DNA of 32,000 nt from an uncultured archaeon (GCA_964648855.1 CAZYLT010000002.1:90001-122000), one strand, 5' to 3'. Counted from the first letter of the stretch, positions 16,381-26,203 are shown. Program-made: numbers and translations. The notes: generated by a model not told the origin, from the sequence alone.

Positions 16381-17199
16381 ATGAGCAAAAATCTAACTGT
16401 GCTCAAATTGGGCGGCTCTCTCCTCACGGACAAATCCAGGCCTTATACGCCAAGAACAGAAGTCATGAAGTCTGTTTGTGAAGAGATACACCAGTGCATG
16501 GATGATGGACTCCTCGACTCTTTGATATTGATTCAAGGAGTGGGCTCATTCGGGCATCCACCAGTTCTTGAAAACAGACTTCACATGGGATTCAAGGGGC
16601 AAGACCAATTGATGCCGCTGTCTCATACCCAATCGACGGTTGGCAAGTTTCGAGCAATGCTAGTGGAACAACTCCAACAGGCGGATATCCCTGTCTGTCT
16701 TATGTATCCCTCATCGATGATTGTTGCTGAGAAAATGAAAATGTCAAGATACTTCTTTGAACCATTACGTGGATTCCTATCTATTGGGATGGTTCCCTTG
16801 CTAGGAGGCGACATTCTGATTGACTCACTGAGGGGGTTCAGCGTAGGAAGTGGCGACCAAATGGCTGTTCTCATAGCCAAGGAACTCAAAGCCAAGAGAG
16901 TCATTTTTGCTTCAGATGTGCGAGGCATCTTTGACTCAGATCCCAAGATTAATCCTGATGCTGAGCTCTATTCTGAGATAGATATTGGAGCGATTGAGAG
17001 AACTCTAGAAGAGATGGGTAAGTCAACTGTGATTGATGCAAGTGGTGCAATGAAAGGAAAACTGAAGTCTCTCATCCCCGCAAGGCCCTTGCTTGAGGCT
17101 GGCCTTGAAGTTTCGGTAATCTCGATGATGGAGTCTGGAAATCTGACAAACTATCTCAAGGGAAAAACATCTAGGTCCACCCAAATCGTAAGTCGGTAG
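16381..17199 (+). CDS. ipk: isopentenyl phosphate kinase (amino acid kinase family)
   Basis: LKLGGSLLTDK, GVGSFGHP (IPK-signature His), VPLLGGD, SGDQ, SDVRGIFDSDPK and DASGAMKGK. Confidence 0.85.
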   Translation: MSKNLTVLKLGGSLLTDKSRPYTPRTEVMKSVCEEIHQCMDDGLLDSLILIQGVGSFGHPPVLENRLHMGFKGQDQLMPLSHTQSTVGKFRAMLVEQLQQADIPVCLMYPSSMIVAEKMKMSRYFFEPLRGFLSIGMVPLLGGDILIDSLRGFSVGSGDQMAVLIAKELKAKRVIFASDVRGIFDSDPKINPDAELYSEIDIGAIERTLEEMGKSTVIDASGAMKGKLKSLIPARPLLEAGLEVSVISMMESGNLTNYLKGKTSRSTQIVSR

Positions 17200-17209
17200 T
17201 CAACCGTCA

Positions 17210-18421
17210 TTAGGCGGCTCCCAAAACCATGCGATAGGTCTTCAACAGAGAGTCCACATGTTGCCTTATGTCGAATCGCTTCTCCACAGTAATCCTAGCT
17301 TGGTGACCTATTTCTTTCCTCAGCTTTTCATCTCTCAGTAACATATCAACAGCCTGTACAATCCCATCAACATCTCCAGGGTTCACCAGAATGCCATCAG
17401 CTCCCGAGTGGATTATCTCGCTGGGCCCATAGACATTCGTGGTGATGACTGGAGTCTTGCATGCCATTGCCTCAACAATCGAGAGCCCAAATGGTTCTCT
17501 CATTGATGGATACAAGAACACTGTAGATGAATTTAGGATGTCTGGCACTTCCTGAGCTGGAACGACCCCCAAATAATCAACTGTGCCTTCTAAGCCCCGT
17601 ATCTTGAACTCGTCAAGAAGATACTGCTTTCGCGAGCCCTCGCCAGTCAGGACGAACTTGAGCGCACCATGTGATGCCTTGAGCCTAGATAGAACCTTTG
17701 GGAAGAGACGAACCGACTTCATGTCCTCTAATCTTCCCATGAAAGCCAAATCCCACCTCTCTGTCTTTCTCTCCGGGCTAAAGACATCCAAATTGATGCC
17801 CAAATACTGAGTCCGAATGGGTAAGAGAGTTTCACTCTTTCTAGCCTGTTTTTGTAAAGCCGTCTTGACGGTATCACTGACAGCTAAGATTAGGGCAAAG
17901 GGCAAGGCACGGAAAAGCATCTCATAGTCTGTGGTATTTTCACCACTAGGCAGTATGAGTGGCTTCGGTAATCCATGAACTGTGATGATGACGGGAGGCA
18001 GGTCGTTATCATGTTCATCTGCTATTTTTGACAAAACACGATTGAATACAACATACGTGCTATGACAATGAATTATGTCAGGTTGTTTCTTCTCAATGAG
18101 TCGCCATAATTCAGCAGTAAGGAGTTCGATGTTTTCCTCCAAGTCGCGTGGTTTGAAGTAATCATCTACCAATGAATTTCGTGTCTCTTCTGGGTGCGCG
18201 AGAAATTCGTATTTTCGTGCTTCTAGTAGGTTGCCACGAAGGTGATGAATCTCTGAAGAACCTCTTTTTTCACGTGGAGGCAAATTCCTATTTGATGCCT
18301 GTGCAACTATGTCTATATCGTGTCTTCTTTCGTGAAACTCCTTCGACAGATAGTAGAGATAACTCTCATAACCTCCAATTCCTGCGGGGTTTATACTGTC
18401 GCATACATGTAGAATCCGCAT
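17210..18421 (-). CDS. GT4 family glycosyltransferase
   Basis: MRILHV..GGYE, PDIIHCHS, ITVHG, FMGRLEDMK and EPFGLSIVEAMAC. Confidence 0.92.
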   Translation of the reverse strand: MRILHVCDSINPAGIGGYESYLYYLSKEFHERRHDIDIVAQASNRNLPPREKRGSSEIHHLRGNLLEARKYEFLAHPEETRNSLVDDYFKPRDLEENIELLTAELWRLIEKKQPDIIHCHSTYVVFNRVLSKIADEHDNDLPPVIITVHGLPKPLILPSGENTTDYEMLFRALPFALILAVSDTVKTALQKQARKSETLLPIRTQYLGINLDVFSPERKTERWDLAFMGRLEDMKSVRLFPKVLSRLKASHGALKFVLTGEGSRKQYLLDEFKIRGLEGTVDYLGVVPAQEVPDILNSSTVFLYPSMREPFGLSIVEAMACKTPVITTNVYGPSEIIHSGADGILVNPGDVDGIVQAVDMLLRDEKLRKEIGHQARITVEKRFDIRQHVDSLLKTYRMVLGAA

Positions 18422-18518
18422 CTATCTGGCCTTCCCAATAAGGGGGAGTTCTTCCGAAACTTAATCTTTGTTGCAGATGGATAAATGAAGTAGCCAATGA
18501 GCTAGGTACGTATCAAGA

Positions 18519-19571
18519 ATGCCATTTCGCGACCGTGACATCATTAGAGACTATTCCAATCGTATCTACGTGGTGCTAGGTCATATTCAACCGGCAAATC
18601 ATGTAATTTGTTTTCTAAAATACGTACCCAGCCCAAATGGGAAATGGAAACAGGATGGCGAGTCGTTTGAAAGGGTGTTTTGGGGTAGCGTACAATCAGT
18701 TGATTCTGGAAAGAAGCTGGTACCTCAGGATTTCATCAAGTATGATTTGCATTTTGGTACTGAACTCTTAGAGATTCCAATAAGTCGGATAAAGGCACAT
18801 TATCTACCGGAGAAAAGGCTGGCGACCATATTGGCTACAGACTCCAACGACCCGCTAGAACAATCAGTCAAGACAACAGCGATCGCAATCAATGAGTCCC
18901 TTGGAATTGGATTTGAGTTTCTAGGGGTTGCAGGCAGCATCCTCTGGCATGCTCATAACACAAGCTATTCTGACATCAATATGAATGTATATGGGCTCGA
19001 GAACACCAAACAGATGCAAGAAAGATTAGATGAGGTGTCGGACTCCAATCCCGATATCCGTCCTCGAAGAAAAAGCGAGTGGAAGAATGCAATATCCAGA
19101 ATTAATCGGAGAATTGCCTCCTTATCATACTCAGATCTGGAACTGCTCTTTTCGAGGCGAAAGGCAATCTATCATCAGGACAGGTGCATAGGCATTTCTT
19201 CTATCTTGTATCCGAATGAGTCGCCAATTCCATACGGTTCAGAGAAATACAAGACAGTTTCATCCGATCCAATTCGTGTACAGATGCATATTGAAAACGA
19301 TGACTACGGTCTATTTCAGCCAGCCCTATATATTGGGAAATCGGAGCCAGTGAGAATGGCTGAGAATGAATCAATCACTCGGATAATGGTATACGATGGG
19401 GCTTTCGGAGGAGTTATCCGAAAAGGGGACTCAGTCGAGGTATCAGGTACACTTCAAGAAGTTCAAGCAATGAAACAAAACAAAATGACAGGGGACCAAA
19501 GGAAATTCTACCAGCTCATGGTAGGTACGGTTGAAGGTGCTGGAAGAGAGTTCATTCGCCTGATTGAATGA
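18519..19571 (+). CDS. predicted nucleotidyltransferase (COG1665-like)
   Basis: N-terminal RDRD, FLKYVP, pol-beta-like GVAGSIL...SDINMNVYG and a C-terminal OB-like GDSVEVSGTL. Confidence 0.7.
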   Translation: MPFRDRDIIRDYSNRIYVVLGHIQPANHVICFLKYVPSPNGKWKQDGESFERVFWGSVQSVDSGKKLVPQDFIKYDLHFGTELLEIPISRIKAHYLPEKRLATILATDSNDPLEQSVKTTAIAINESLGIGFEFLGVAGSILWHAHNTSYSDINMNVYGLENTKQMQERLDEVSDSNPDIRPRRKSEWKNAISRINRRIASLSYSDLELLFSRRKAIYHQDRCIGISSILYPNESPIPYGSEKYKTVSSDPIRVQMHIENDDYGLFQPALYIGKSEPVRMAENESITRIMVYDGAFGGVIRKGDSVEVSGTLQEVQAMKQNKMTGDQRKFYQLMVGTVEGAGREFIRLIE

Positions 19572-19613
19572 TTCTTTCTCGACAGCATTGAGAAGAAGAA
19601 CTTGGCATGAAAG

Positions 19614-20690
19614 ATGAGATTGAATCCAATGAGTCAAGAATTACCCTATGTGGGTGTTGAGAAAGAACACGGGGAAGAGATACGAAAAGCACTTCTCGAA
19701 CAAAATCTTCTGAATACATCGTTCCGTATCATTTCAAAGAGCAATCGATTGTTTTTCCCACTCAAAAGTAATTATGAACGAGCTGAGAAGCTACTCGCCG
19801 AAACCTCCCATTCTCTTGTCTTTGGCACAAGAGAGTTCGAGGCGATTGCTAGCGGTCCTTCCTCCCTAGTTGAAGCCTTGAAGGATGATTTGTCTGAAGA
19901 TTTGTTGGAATTAGTTCCTCGTGCCTATGACTTGATTGGAAACATAGCAGTGATTGAAGTCCCAGAGGAACTTGACCCATTTAAGGAGCTAATCGGCCTG
20001 CAATTTTTGAGAGCACATCCGAATTTCGAAACTGTTCTGAATAAGAAAGGAGCCATCTCTGGGACTTTGAGAACAAGAGAATATGAGCTGCTGGCTGGAG
20101 TCGATAAGACTGATACCATTCATACTGAATATGGTTGCAAGATTGCAGTAGATTTGGAAAAGGCGTACTTTAGTCCTCGATTATTGGAAGAACATCACCA
20201 AGTAGCCAAGCAAGTCCGTGATGATGAGCTAGTAATTGATATGTTTTGCGGCGTGGGCCCTTTTTCACTGCACATCACAAAAAGAACTACAGCCGGAGTT
20301 ATAGCAGTTGACATAAATCCTGAAGCCATTCAACTTCTGAAGAAAAGCATCGAGCTTAACCAACTCAAAGGCGAATTACAGACTGTAGTTTCAGATGCAC
20401 ATAAATTCGCTCAGACATCGTTGCCACATATCGCCGATAGAATAATCATGAACCATCCTTCCGGAGCTGAGGGATTTATTGCCGATGCTTGTCAGTTGAT
20501 CAAACCCGGCGGAGTTATTCACTATTACGACTTCATGGCTGAGCCTGATCCAGAAGAGAAGATGTTGACCCGGGCTAGAAATCTGATAACAGCCAACAAT
20601 AGAAAGGTGATTACGATTTCACGCGTAAGAAAGGTACGTGATAGTGCTCCATATGAATATCAGATGGTGGCAGATCTTAAAGTCCAGTGA
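19614..20690 (+). CDS. trm5: tRNA (guanine37-N1)-methyltransferase Trm5 family
   Basis: YDLIGNIAV, TIHTEYGC, YFSPRL, DMFCGVGPF, DINP and RIIMNHP. Confidence 0.88.
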   Translation: MRLNPMSQELPYVGVEKEHGEEIRKALLEQNLLNTSFRIISKSNRLFFPLKSNYERAEKLLAETSHSLVFGTREFEAIASGPSSLVEALKDDLSEDLLELVPRAYDLIGNIAVIEVPEELDPFKELIGLQFLRAHPNFETVLNKKGAISGTLRTREYELLAGVDKTDTIHTEYGCKIAVDLEKAYFSPRLLEEHHQVAKQVRDDELVIDMFCGVGPFSLHITKRTTAGVIAVDINPEAIQLLKKSIELNQLKGELQTVVSDAHKFAQTSLPHIADRIIMNHPSGAEGFIADACQLIKPGGVIHYYDFMAEPDPEEKMLTRARNLITANNRKVITISRVRKVRDSAPYEYQMVADLKVQ

Positions 20691-21111
20691 GATACCTCAA
20701 TTCGCAGTCAATCTCAACATCATCTCTTGCGATTCTGTCGATGAACTTCCGACTCAAATCCGCTGCTGCCTTATCAGCACCCACCATCAACGTCCTGTCA
20801 CATTCGTACTCACTGGTTCTAGTTACCATGCTAACAGAGTCTTGGTAAGTCAAACCCGGAGACCCATGTCCAATGACTACCTCCTTTATACTGCCAACTC
20901 TCATTTCGAGTTCAATGATTGTCGTCCTTTTTGTTGCCATCTCCATGACCTCTTCGGATAGGCCATTTGGTGCAATTGAACATCTCACTCCTACTATACA
21001 GTCCCCACTTGGAGTCAGATTGGTTTCCTTTGTTATTTCCATTGTTGATTTATGGGTCCCTACGATATTTTCATGTCCTAGTGCAGAAAAACTGACTCGA
21101 ATCATACTCAT
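20677..21111 (-). CDS. DUF371 family protein
   Basis: GHENIVGTHKSTMEITKE..LTPSGDCIVGV, RTSEYECDRT and ADKAAADL. Confidence 0.88.
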   Translation of the reverse strand: MSMIRVSFSALGHENIVGTHKSTMEITKETNLTPSGDCIVGVRCSIAPNGLSEEVMEMATKRTTIIELEMRVGSIKEVVIGHGSPGLTYQDSVSMVTRTSEYECDRTLMVGADKAAADLSRKFIDRIARDDVEIDCELRYLTGL

Positions 21112-21153
21112 TATTATTTCTCAACGCTTTTATCAATCCAGCCCTTATTAGAA

Positions 21154-21840
21154 GTGATTCATATGAGTGAGCATGAGTTAGCCCAGAAGAAACAACAGCT
21201 CATCAATAGCCTGAAGAAGAGAGGATATCTTGAGAGTGAGGATGTAATTCGCGCATTTGAGCAGGTTCCTCGGGAGGAATTCATTCCCCATGGAAAACGA
21301 GGAATGGCATATCGTGACCATCCATTACCTATTGGGCACGGTCAGACTATTTCTGCCCCCCATATGTGCGCAATAATGTGTGAAAGCCTTGACCTTGAAG
21401 AAGGGCACAAACTATTGGAGATTGGTGCTGGTTCGGGATATCATGCCGCCTTGTGTGCAGAAATTATTGCGCCATCTAACTCATCAAATCCTGGACATGT
21501 CTTCACCATAGAAATAGTAGAACGACTCATTGACTCCGCCCGTGAGAACCTTCAAAATGCTGGTTATTCTGACCGAGTATCACTAATCCATGGAGATGGT
21601 GGGCAGGGGCATCCTGAGGAGGCACCATTCGATAGAATTCTAGTTACAGCAGCAGCACCGTCAGTACCCCAGCCATTGATAGAACAACTGAGAAATGACG
21701 GCCGGATGTTGATTCCTGTTGGTTCGCGAGGTTTCTATCAAGAGCTCATGATGGTCGACAAAAACTCAAGCGGTGAGATAAGCAAGAAGAAATGGGGTGG
21801 GGTTGCATTCGTTCCCTTGACTGGTGAATTTGGACACTAA
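21154..21840 (+). CDS. pcm: protein-L-isoaspartate O-methyltransferase
   Basis: VPREEF, AYRDHPLPIGHGQTISAPHM, LEIGAGSGYHAA, GDG, APFDRILVTAA and VAFVPL. Confidence 0.95.
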   Translation: MIHMSEHELAQKKQQLINSLKKRGYLESEDVIRAFEQVPREEFIPHGKRGMAYRDHPLPIGHGQTISAPHMCAIMCESLDLEEGHKLLEIGAGSGYHAALCAEIIAPSNSSNPGHVFTIEIVERLIDSARENLQNAGYSDRVSLIHGDGGQGHPEEAPFDRILVTAAAPSVPQPLIEQLRNDGRMLIPVGSRGFYQELMMVDKNSSGEISKKKWGGVAFVPLTGEFGH

Positions 21841-22517
21841 GTCACTAGGTGCAACGGAACTAGAGTGAGTTCGACTTCATCACCGGTTTTCAAATCTAGT
21901 TTTTTGCGAATATTCATGGGGGCAATGACCTCCAGAATATCCTTTCCATGATGAGTTCTTTGGGCAAGCACAATTGCAGCCTCGATTTTTCCGTTAACAA
22001 GCACTCTATAACAGATTACATCGCCGAATGTTCGTCCTTCTTCTCTAAAACCTTGCACAACCAAAGGTGGAGAATGCTTCATTCTACTCACAGCCTGCTG
22101 AGACTTCTCACCAGAAATTTTCACGTTGAGGGTGCCGAGATACGGTTTGAATCCTAACGATTCTTCAAAGCGGTCAGAATACATATCTACATAGTATGCC
22201 CCTTCTCCGAGTCCTCCTACGATAGTGCCTTCGATTCTAATCTCGTCCTTAGGTGGAGCAAAGGCGATCTCAAGGTTACTAAACACTCGTGCCAATTGGT
22301 TTCGCCCTTTCTCGGTGAGTCTAATTCTCATTCCACTAGCAGTATGTACTCGCACCACATATCCTTCTTCGAGACAGGTCGTAATCCGTCGCGATGCAGT
22401 TTGCTGGCTTACACCTAGGTCATCACCCAATTCACTGGTCTTTACTAGAACACTCTCATGAATGGCTCCTTTCATTGCTAGTCTATACAACGCAAACCAG
22501 ATTTCAGGCTGAATCAA
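21837..22517 (-). CDS. ribK: CTP-dependent riboflavin kinase with N-terminal winged HTH (RbkR type, DUF120)
   Basis: HTH ELGDDLGVSQQTASR; kinase motifs GLGEGAYY, LGFKPYLGTLN, RTHH and LEVIAP..R..L. Confidence 0.92.
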   Translation of the reverse strand: MIQPEIWFALYRLAMKGAIHESVLVKTSELGDDLGVSQQTASRRITTCLEEGYVVRVHTASGMRIRLTEKGRNQLARVFSNLEIAFAPPKDEIRIEGTIVGGLGEGAYYVDMYSDRFEESLGFKPYLGTLNVKISGEKSQQAVSRMKHSPPLVVQGFREEGRTFGDVICYRVLVNGKIEAAIVLAQRTHHGKDILEVIAPMNIRKKLDLKTGDEVELTLVPLHLVT

Positions 22518-22544
22518 TACAATCGGTCTCCAGTGGTTATGTTT

Positions 22545-23177
22545 CTACTTTTTGCCCAGTTGATCCTCAAAATGTCCTAGCTGCTCTATCAGCTTCTCTT
22601 GTCTCACTGCTGTGGTGACATCTCCTCTAGTTTTTTCGACAATTCTCCGTGCAACATCAGACTTTCGTCTTAGATTGCGGACGAGCGAGTCAGGAAAATC
22701 AAACGTCTGCAGTTCCTCGAGGATATCCTCCATCATGCTTAGAAGTTTCTTAGCGCCCTCCACGTCATCGCTTCTCAGCAATTCCAGAGCGGCACGCCTC
22801 AATTCACCTATCGTATCGGCAAGTCCAGTGAGGTAAGGCCGCCCTGGGATATCAAATTCTTCTGGACCTGTCAAACTGTTTTCCTTAAGAATGGAAAGAA
22901 CATTCACCGCCTCAGTTAACTCCTGGTATGCTGTTTCAAAGTACTTCGAAACAGTAACAAACTTGCTATCTTTGGCTAGCTTTCTTCCCTCCTGAATCAG
23001 TTCATAAGCTTCTTCCACTTTCTTCTGTGCATCATCAAAGTGACCACGATGAGACGCCTTTATTGACTGACCACATCTTCTAACCGCACCTCTCGAAATA
23101 GGTAGAACCTTCTCTCTAACCTCATCATCCGCTTCTATTTCTTTCCTGATTGGCTCTAGTAGTTGACTTATGTCCAT
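22545..23177 (-). CDS. Translin/Trax family RNA-binding nuclease (archaeal C3PO-like)
   Basis: DDEVREKVL..SR, AYQELTEA, YLTGLADTIGELRR and LRRKSDVAR. ATG 23177 avoids overlap with taw1; the ORF track start is 23267. Confidence 0.85.
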   Translation of the reverse strand: MDISQLLEPIRKEIEADDEVREKVLPISRGAVRRCGQSIKASHRGHFDDAQKKVEEAYELIQEGRKLAKDSKFVTVSKYFETAYQELTEAVNVLSILKENSLTGPEEFDIPGRPYLTGLADTIGELRRAALELLRSDDVEGAKKLLSMMEDILEELQTFDFPDSLVRNLRRKSDVARRIVEKTRGDVTTAVRQEKLIEQLGHFEDQLGKK

Positions 23178-23196
23178 CCTTTTTCCCGCCGTATCT

Positions 23197-24162
23197 CTAT
23201 CCGAGCTTCTTAATTTGTTTTCGCCGCGACAAGAGCACAACTTTACTCTCAACCTGTTCATCCACAAGATAATATCCAGTCAATGCAGTCAATTTCTCTG
23301 AGAATGCCCTGATGTCATTGTGTGAAGGGGAATTAGATATAGACAATCTTCCTCTTGATGAACCGAGATTCATGTATGCTTTAACCTCCACAAAATCAGG
23401 TTCTCCAATAAGTATCATCTCAGCATAGGAACGCACATCGTGCATATTTTTCTCTGCGACCATGGTAAGACGATTCACAGTTCTGCAATTAATAGTCTGC
23501 AAAAGCTCTTGACTGTGCAATAATCTATGCCACGCGTCTTTAATGAGAGGGTGAAGAAGTTGTTTATGGGTCTCCTCGTCTGGAGCGGCAATTGTTACGT
23601 ATAGTTGAGTAGGAGGCGTGATTTCTTCCAGAACCTCAGGAAGAGTTCCATTCGTGACCAGAAAAGAAGTCATGTCTCTATTATCAATTTCATCTATCAA
23701 GTCGCTTAGACCCGGATAGAGTGTAGGTTCCCCAGCCAGTGAGATTGCGACATGATTTGGATTTCGCGCTTCAAGATATCTCTCTTCGCTCACATCAGCA
23801 CCTGCTTCCGGATTATACCCACCAAGTGAACGAAGATTTGCCATCATTGTTGCATCCAACAACTCCTTTGCAGGGAGTGTGTCCTCTGATTTTACATCAA
23901 CTTGATTCCAATGGACTGAGATGTCCGCCGGAGTCACCCTCCAGCAAAAATCGCATACTTGTGTGCATTTATCGACTACAGGTGTCATTTGAAGGCAACG
24001 ATGTGATTCAATACCATAGAATCGTTGCTTGTAACAAGTATCTCCATTCAGAAGGCTCTTTTTCTGCCACTGACAGGCTTTGAATGCACCACGCTCGCCC
24101 AACAGATGGTATCCTTGACTGAGGAGCCTTTCTCGTAGTTGACCTGGCATGCTGGCATTCAA
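23197..24162 (-). CDS. taw1: 4-demethylwyosine synthase Taw1/TYW1 (radical SAM)
   Basis: KACQW, CYKQRFYGIESHRCLQMTP, CTQVCDFCWR, HVAISLAGEPTLYP and PDFVEVKAYM. Start at 24162 or 24150. Confidence 0.95.
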   Translation of the reverse strand: MNASMPGQLRERLLSQGYHLLGERGAFKACQWQKKSLLNGDTCYKQRFYGIESHRCLQMTPVVDKCTQVCDFCWRVTPADISVHWNQVDVKSEDTLPAKELLDATMMANLRSLGGYNPEAGADVSEERYLEARNPNHVAISLAGEPTLYPGLSDLIDEIDNRDMTSFLVTNGTLPEVLEEITPPTQLYVTIAAPDEETHKQLLHPLIKDAWHRLLHSQELLQTINCRTVNRLTMVAEKNMHDVRSYAEMILIGEPDFVEVKAYMNLGSSRGRLSISNSPSHNDIRAFSEKLTALTGYYLVDEQVESKVVLLSRRKQIKKLG

Positions 24163-24231
24163 GGTTTTATCAGATGCATGACTTCTCGCTGGCTATATCA
24201 GCATTTGGCAATGTGCGATTTCTATGTATGA

Positions 24232-25476
24232 TTAGTATTCTTCCAGTTCTTTTCCTAGCAATTCTTGATTGTACCATGACCCCGTCATGAGCCCCCTTCG
24301 TGAGAGGTCACCCAATTTCGACCTTATGTGATCAGGTAGCCTTCCTGCAGGTTCATGCTCAAAATCGCTACCTGGCAAGGGCATGAAAACGTGCCCATGA
24401 ATTTTCGCACCCATATCCGCCAAGTCGTAGCAAAGTTCAATACTCTTCTCAAGGCTCTCTTCAGACTCCCTTGGAAGCCCAAAAATCATATCAACATGGG
24501 GAACGAACCCGCACTCTAAAGTGCAGGTCACGGCCTCCATCCCCTCTTCAACTGTGTGATGCCTATTCGAAAGTTGAAGTACTTCATTACTACCGCTTTG
24601 AATGCCTATCTGTAGGCTGTCATTTGCCACATAGTTGCGGAGCATCTTGAGCAGAGGACGATTCACAAACTCTGGTCGAACTTCAGATGGAAACGATCCG
24701 AAATACAACTGATCCAAGCCATCTACAGAGCTGGCCTGATATAAGAGCGACTCTAGTTTTTCCGGATTTGGTTTTGCTCCCCTCCCTCCATAACATAAAG
24801 CATTCGGAGAAAGCAGCCAAGCCCTCTCAAAGCCACTTCTTTTCACTGCCTCCCGTAGCCAATATACAATACTATCTACACTGCGGTGCCTGACGCGTCC
24901 ACCCGAGAGGAATGGCGTAGCACAAAACTTGCATCGAAATGGGCATCCCCTAGTAACTTCTATGGGACCAACCACATTCATTTCCAATGCAAAAGGCGGA
25001 TAGAGGTCAAGTTCAACCGGCGAGAGATTTCTTGGTGTTGGTACTTTCCCTGTAGTATCAGTCACTACTCCCGGAATATCACTCGTATCGCGTCTATCAA
25101 GTATTCTCTCGAGAAGAGCTGGAAAAGCATACTCGCCCTCTCCCACGACCACAAAATTGAATCCCATCTCAAGAGTATCTCTAGGCCGTGCAGTGCTGTG
25201 TGGGCCTCCGGCAACTAATATGACTTTGTTGCCAAAATTGTTCCTAATCTCTTGCACTTCATCTTTGACTCGTGGAACTTGCGTGCTCATGACAGTGAAA
25301 GCAGCTATTACCATCCCATCATTCAATCGGTCTGCGATGACCGAGTCAAATTTTTCCAATGGGGCCTCAACATGTAGCTCCTTAAAACGGTCATCTATTT
25401 CGATAGCACCTAATAATGCAGCAAGGCTGTATCTTGATTTGCGATGCGCTCTAAAAACTAACGAATTGACTGTCAA
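24232..25476 (-). CDS. B12-binding domain / radical SAM protein (TIGR04013, MJ1487-like)
   Basis: AGGPHSTA, VVGEGE, IEVTRGCPFRCKFC, FGSFPSEVRPE, GIQSGS, DMIFGLP and FMPLPG. Confidence 0.85.
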   Translation of the reverse strand: MTVNSLVFRAHRKSRYSLAALLGAIEIDDRFKELHVEAPLEKFDSVIADRLNDGMVIAAFTVMSTQVPRVKDEVQEIRNNFGNKVILVAGGPHSTARPRDTLEMGFNFVVVGEGEYAFPALLERILDRRDTSDIPGVVTDTTGKVPTPRNLSPVELDLYPPFALEMNVVGPIEVTRGCPFRCKFCATPFLSGGRVRHRSVDSIVYWLREAVKRSGFERAWLLSPNALCYGGRGAKPNPEKLESLLYQASSVDGLDQLYFGSFPSEVRPEFVNRPLLKMLRNYVANDSLQIGIQSGSNEVLQLSNRHHTVEEGMEAVTCTLECGFVPHVDMIFGLPRESEESLEKSIELCYDLADMGAKIHGHVFMPLPGSDFEHEPAGRLPDHIRSKLGDLSRRGLMTGSWYNQELLGKELEEY

Positions 25477-25490
25477 CTAGAACACAAGCA

Positions 25491-26084
25491 CTACTCTTCA
25501 ATGTTTTTTTCTTCAACGCCATCTTCAGTAATGACCATGAGTTGAATATCTCCACCGGATTGGACATCTCTTGCAATCCCTGCACGAACAGCACTCACAG
25601 CTAATTTCTCAGCCTCTTTTACAGTCATCTCTGACTCGTATTTCTCTTCTAGAACACCGAGTGCGGTTCTGGTACCGGTACCTACAGCAGTGTAATCTTC
25701 TGTCAGTAGTGATCCACCCATATCTAACGAGTACAATGCCGGGCCATCATCATCGATCCCAACAATCAGAGTTTGCACAAATAATGGGGTGAACCTTCTC
25801 GCGTAGAGTGTATTTGCAACCATCTTTGCGAGAGCTTTGACTGAGATACTCCTCTCTTGTTCGAGTTCATAGAGTTTAATCTGTGCCTTGAGTCTGTTTA
25901 CTAACATCTGATAATCTGAAGTCAACCCAGCGGATGCAAGTACAATTGAATCAGTGAGTTTGAATGCTTTAATGCCTTTTTCAGTAAGAACCATGGTACC
26001 CCAGCTGATAAGGGAATCCGTAGCGACTACTAAACCATCCTCACATTTTATGCCCACGACAGTGGCACCTGTTGGCAGACTCAT
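25491..26084 (-). CDS. psmB: proteasome beta subunit (Thr1 replaced by Ala, probably non-catalytic)
   Basis: Ntn-hydrolase pattern TG-ATVVGIKC.DG.V.ATD, AGLTSDYQ, LYSLDMGG, AVGTG and RDVQSGG. Confidence 0.92.
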   Translation of the reverse strand: MSLPTGATVVGIKCEDGLVVATDSLISWGTMVLTEKGIKAFKLTDSIVLASAGLTSDYQMLVNRLKAQIKLYELEQERSISVKALAKMVANTLYARRFTPLFVQTLIVGIDDDGPALYSLDMGGSLLTEDYTAVGTGTRTALGVLEEKYESEMTVKEAEKLAVSAVRAGIARDVQSGGDIQLMVITEDGVEEKNIEE

Positions 26085-26203
26085 TATTGTTCATTCCTCG
26101 CTCTGGTTTGACTTCTACAGTTTAGGGGCTGTTCCATTCCTTTTAAAAGATGTTCTATAACCTGTTCAAGTTGAAATACATACTCTATTGGATGTTGCAA
26201 AAA

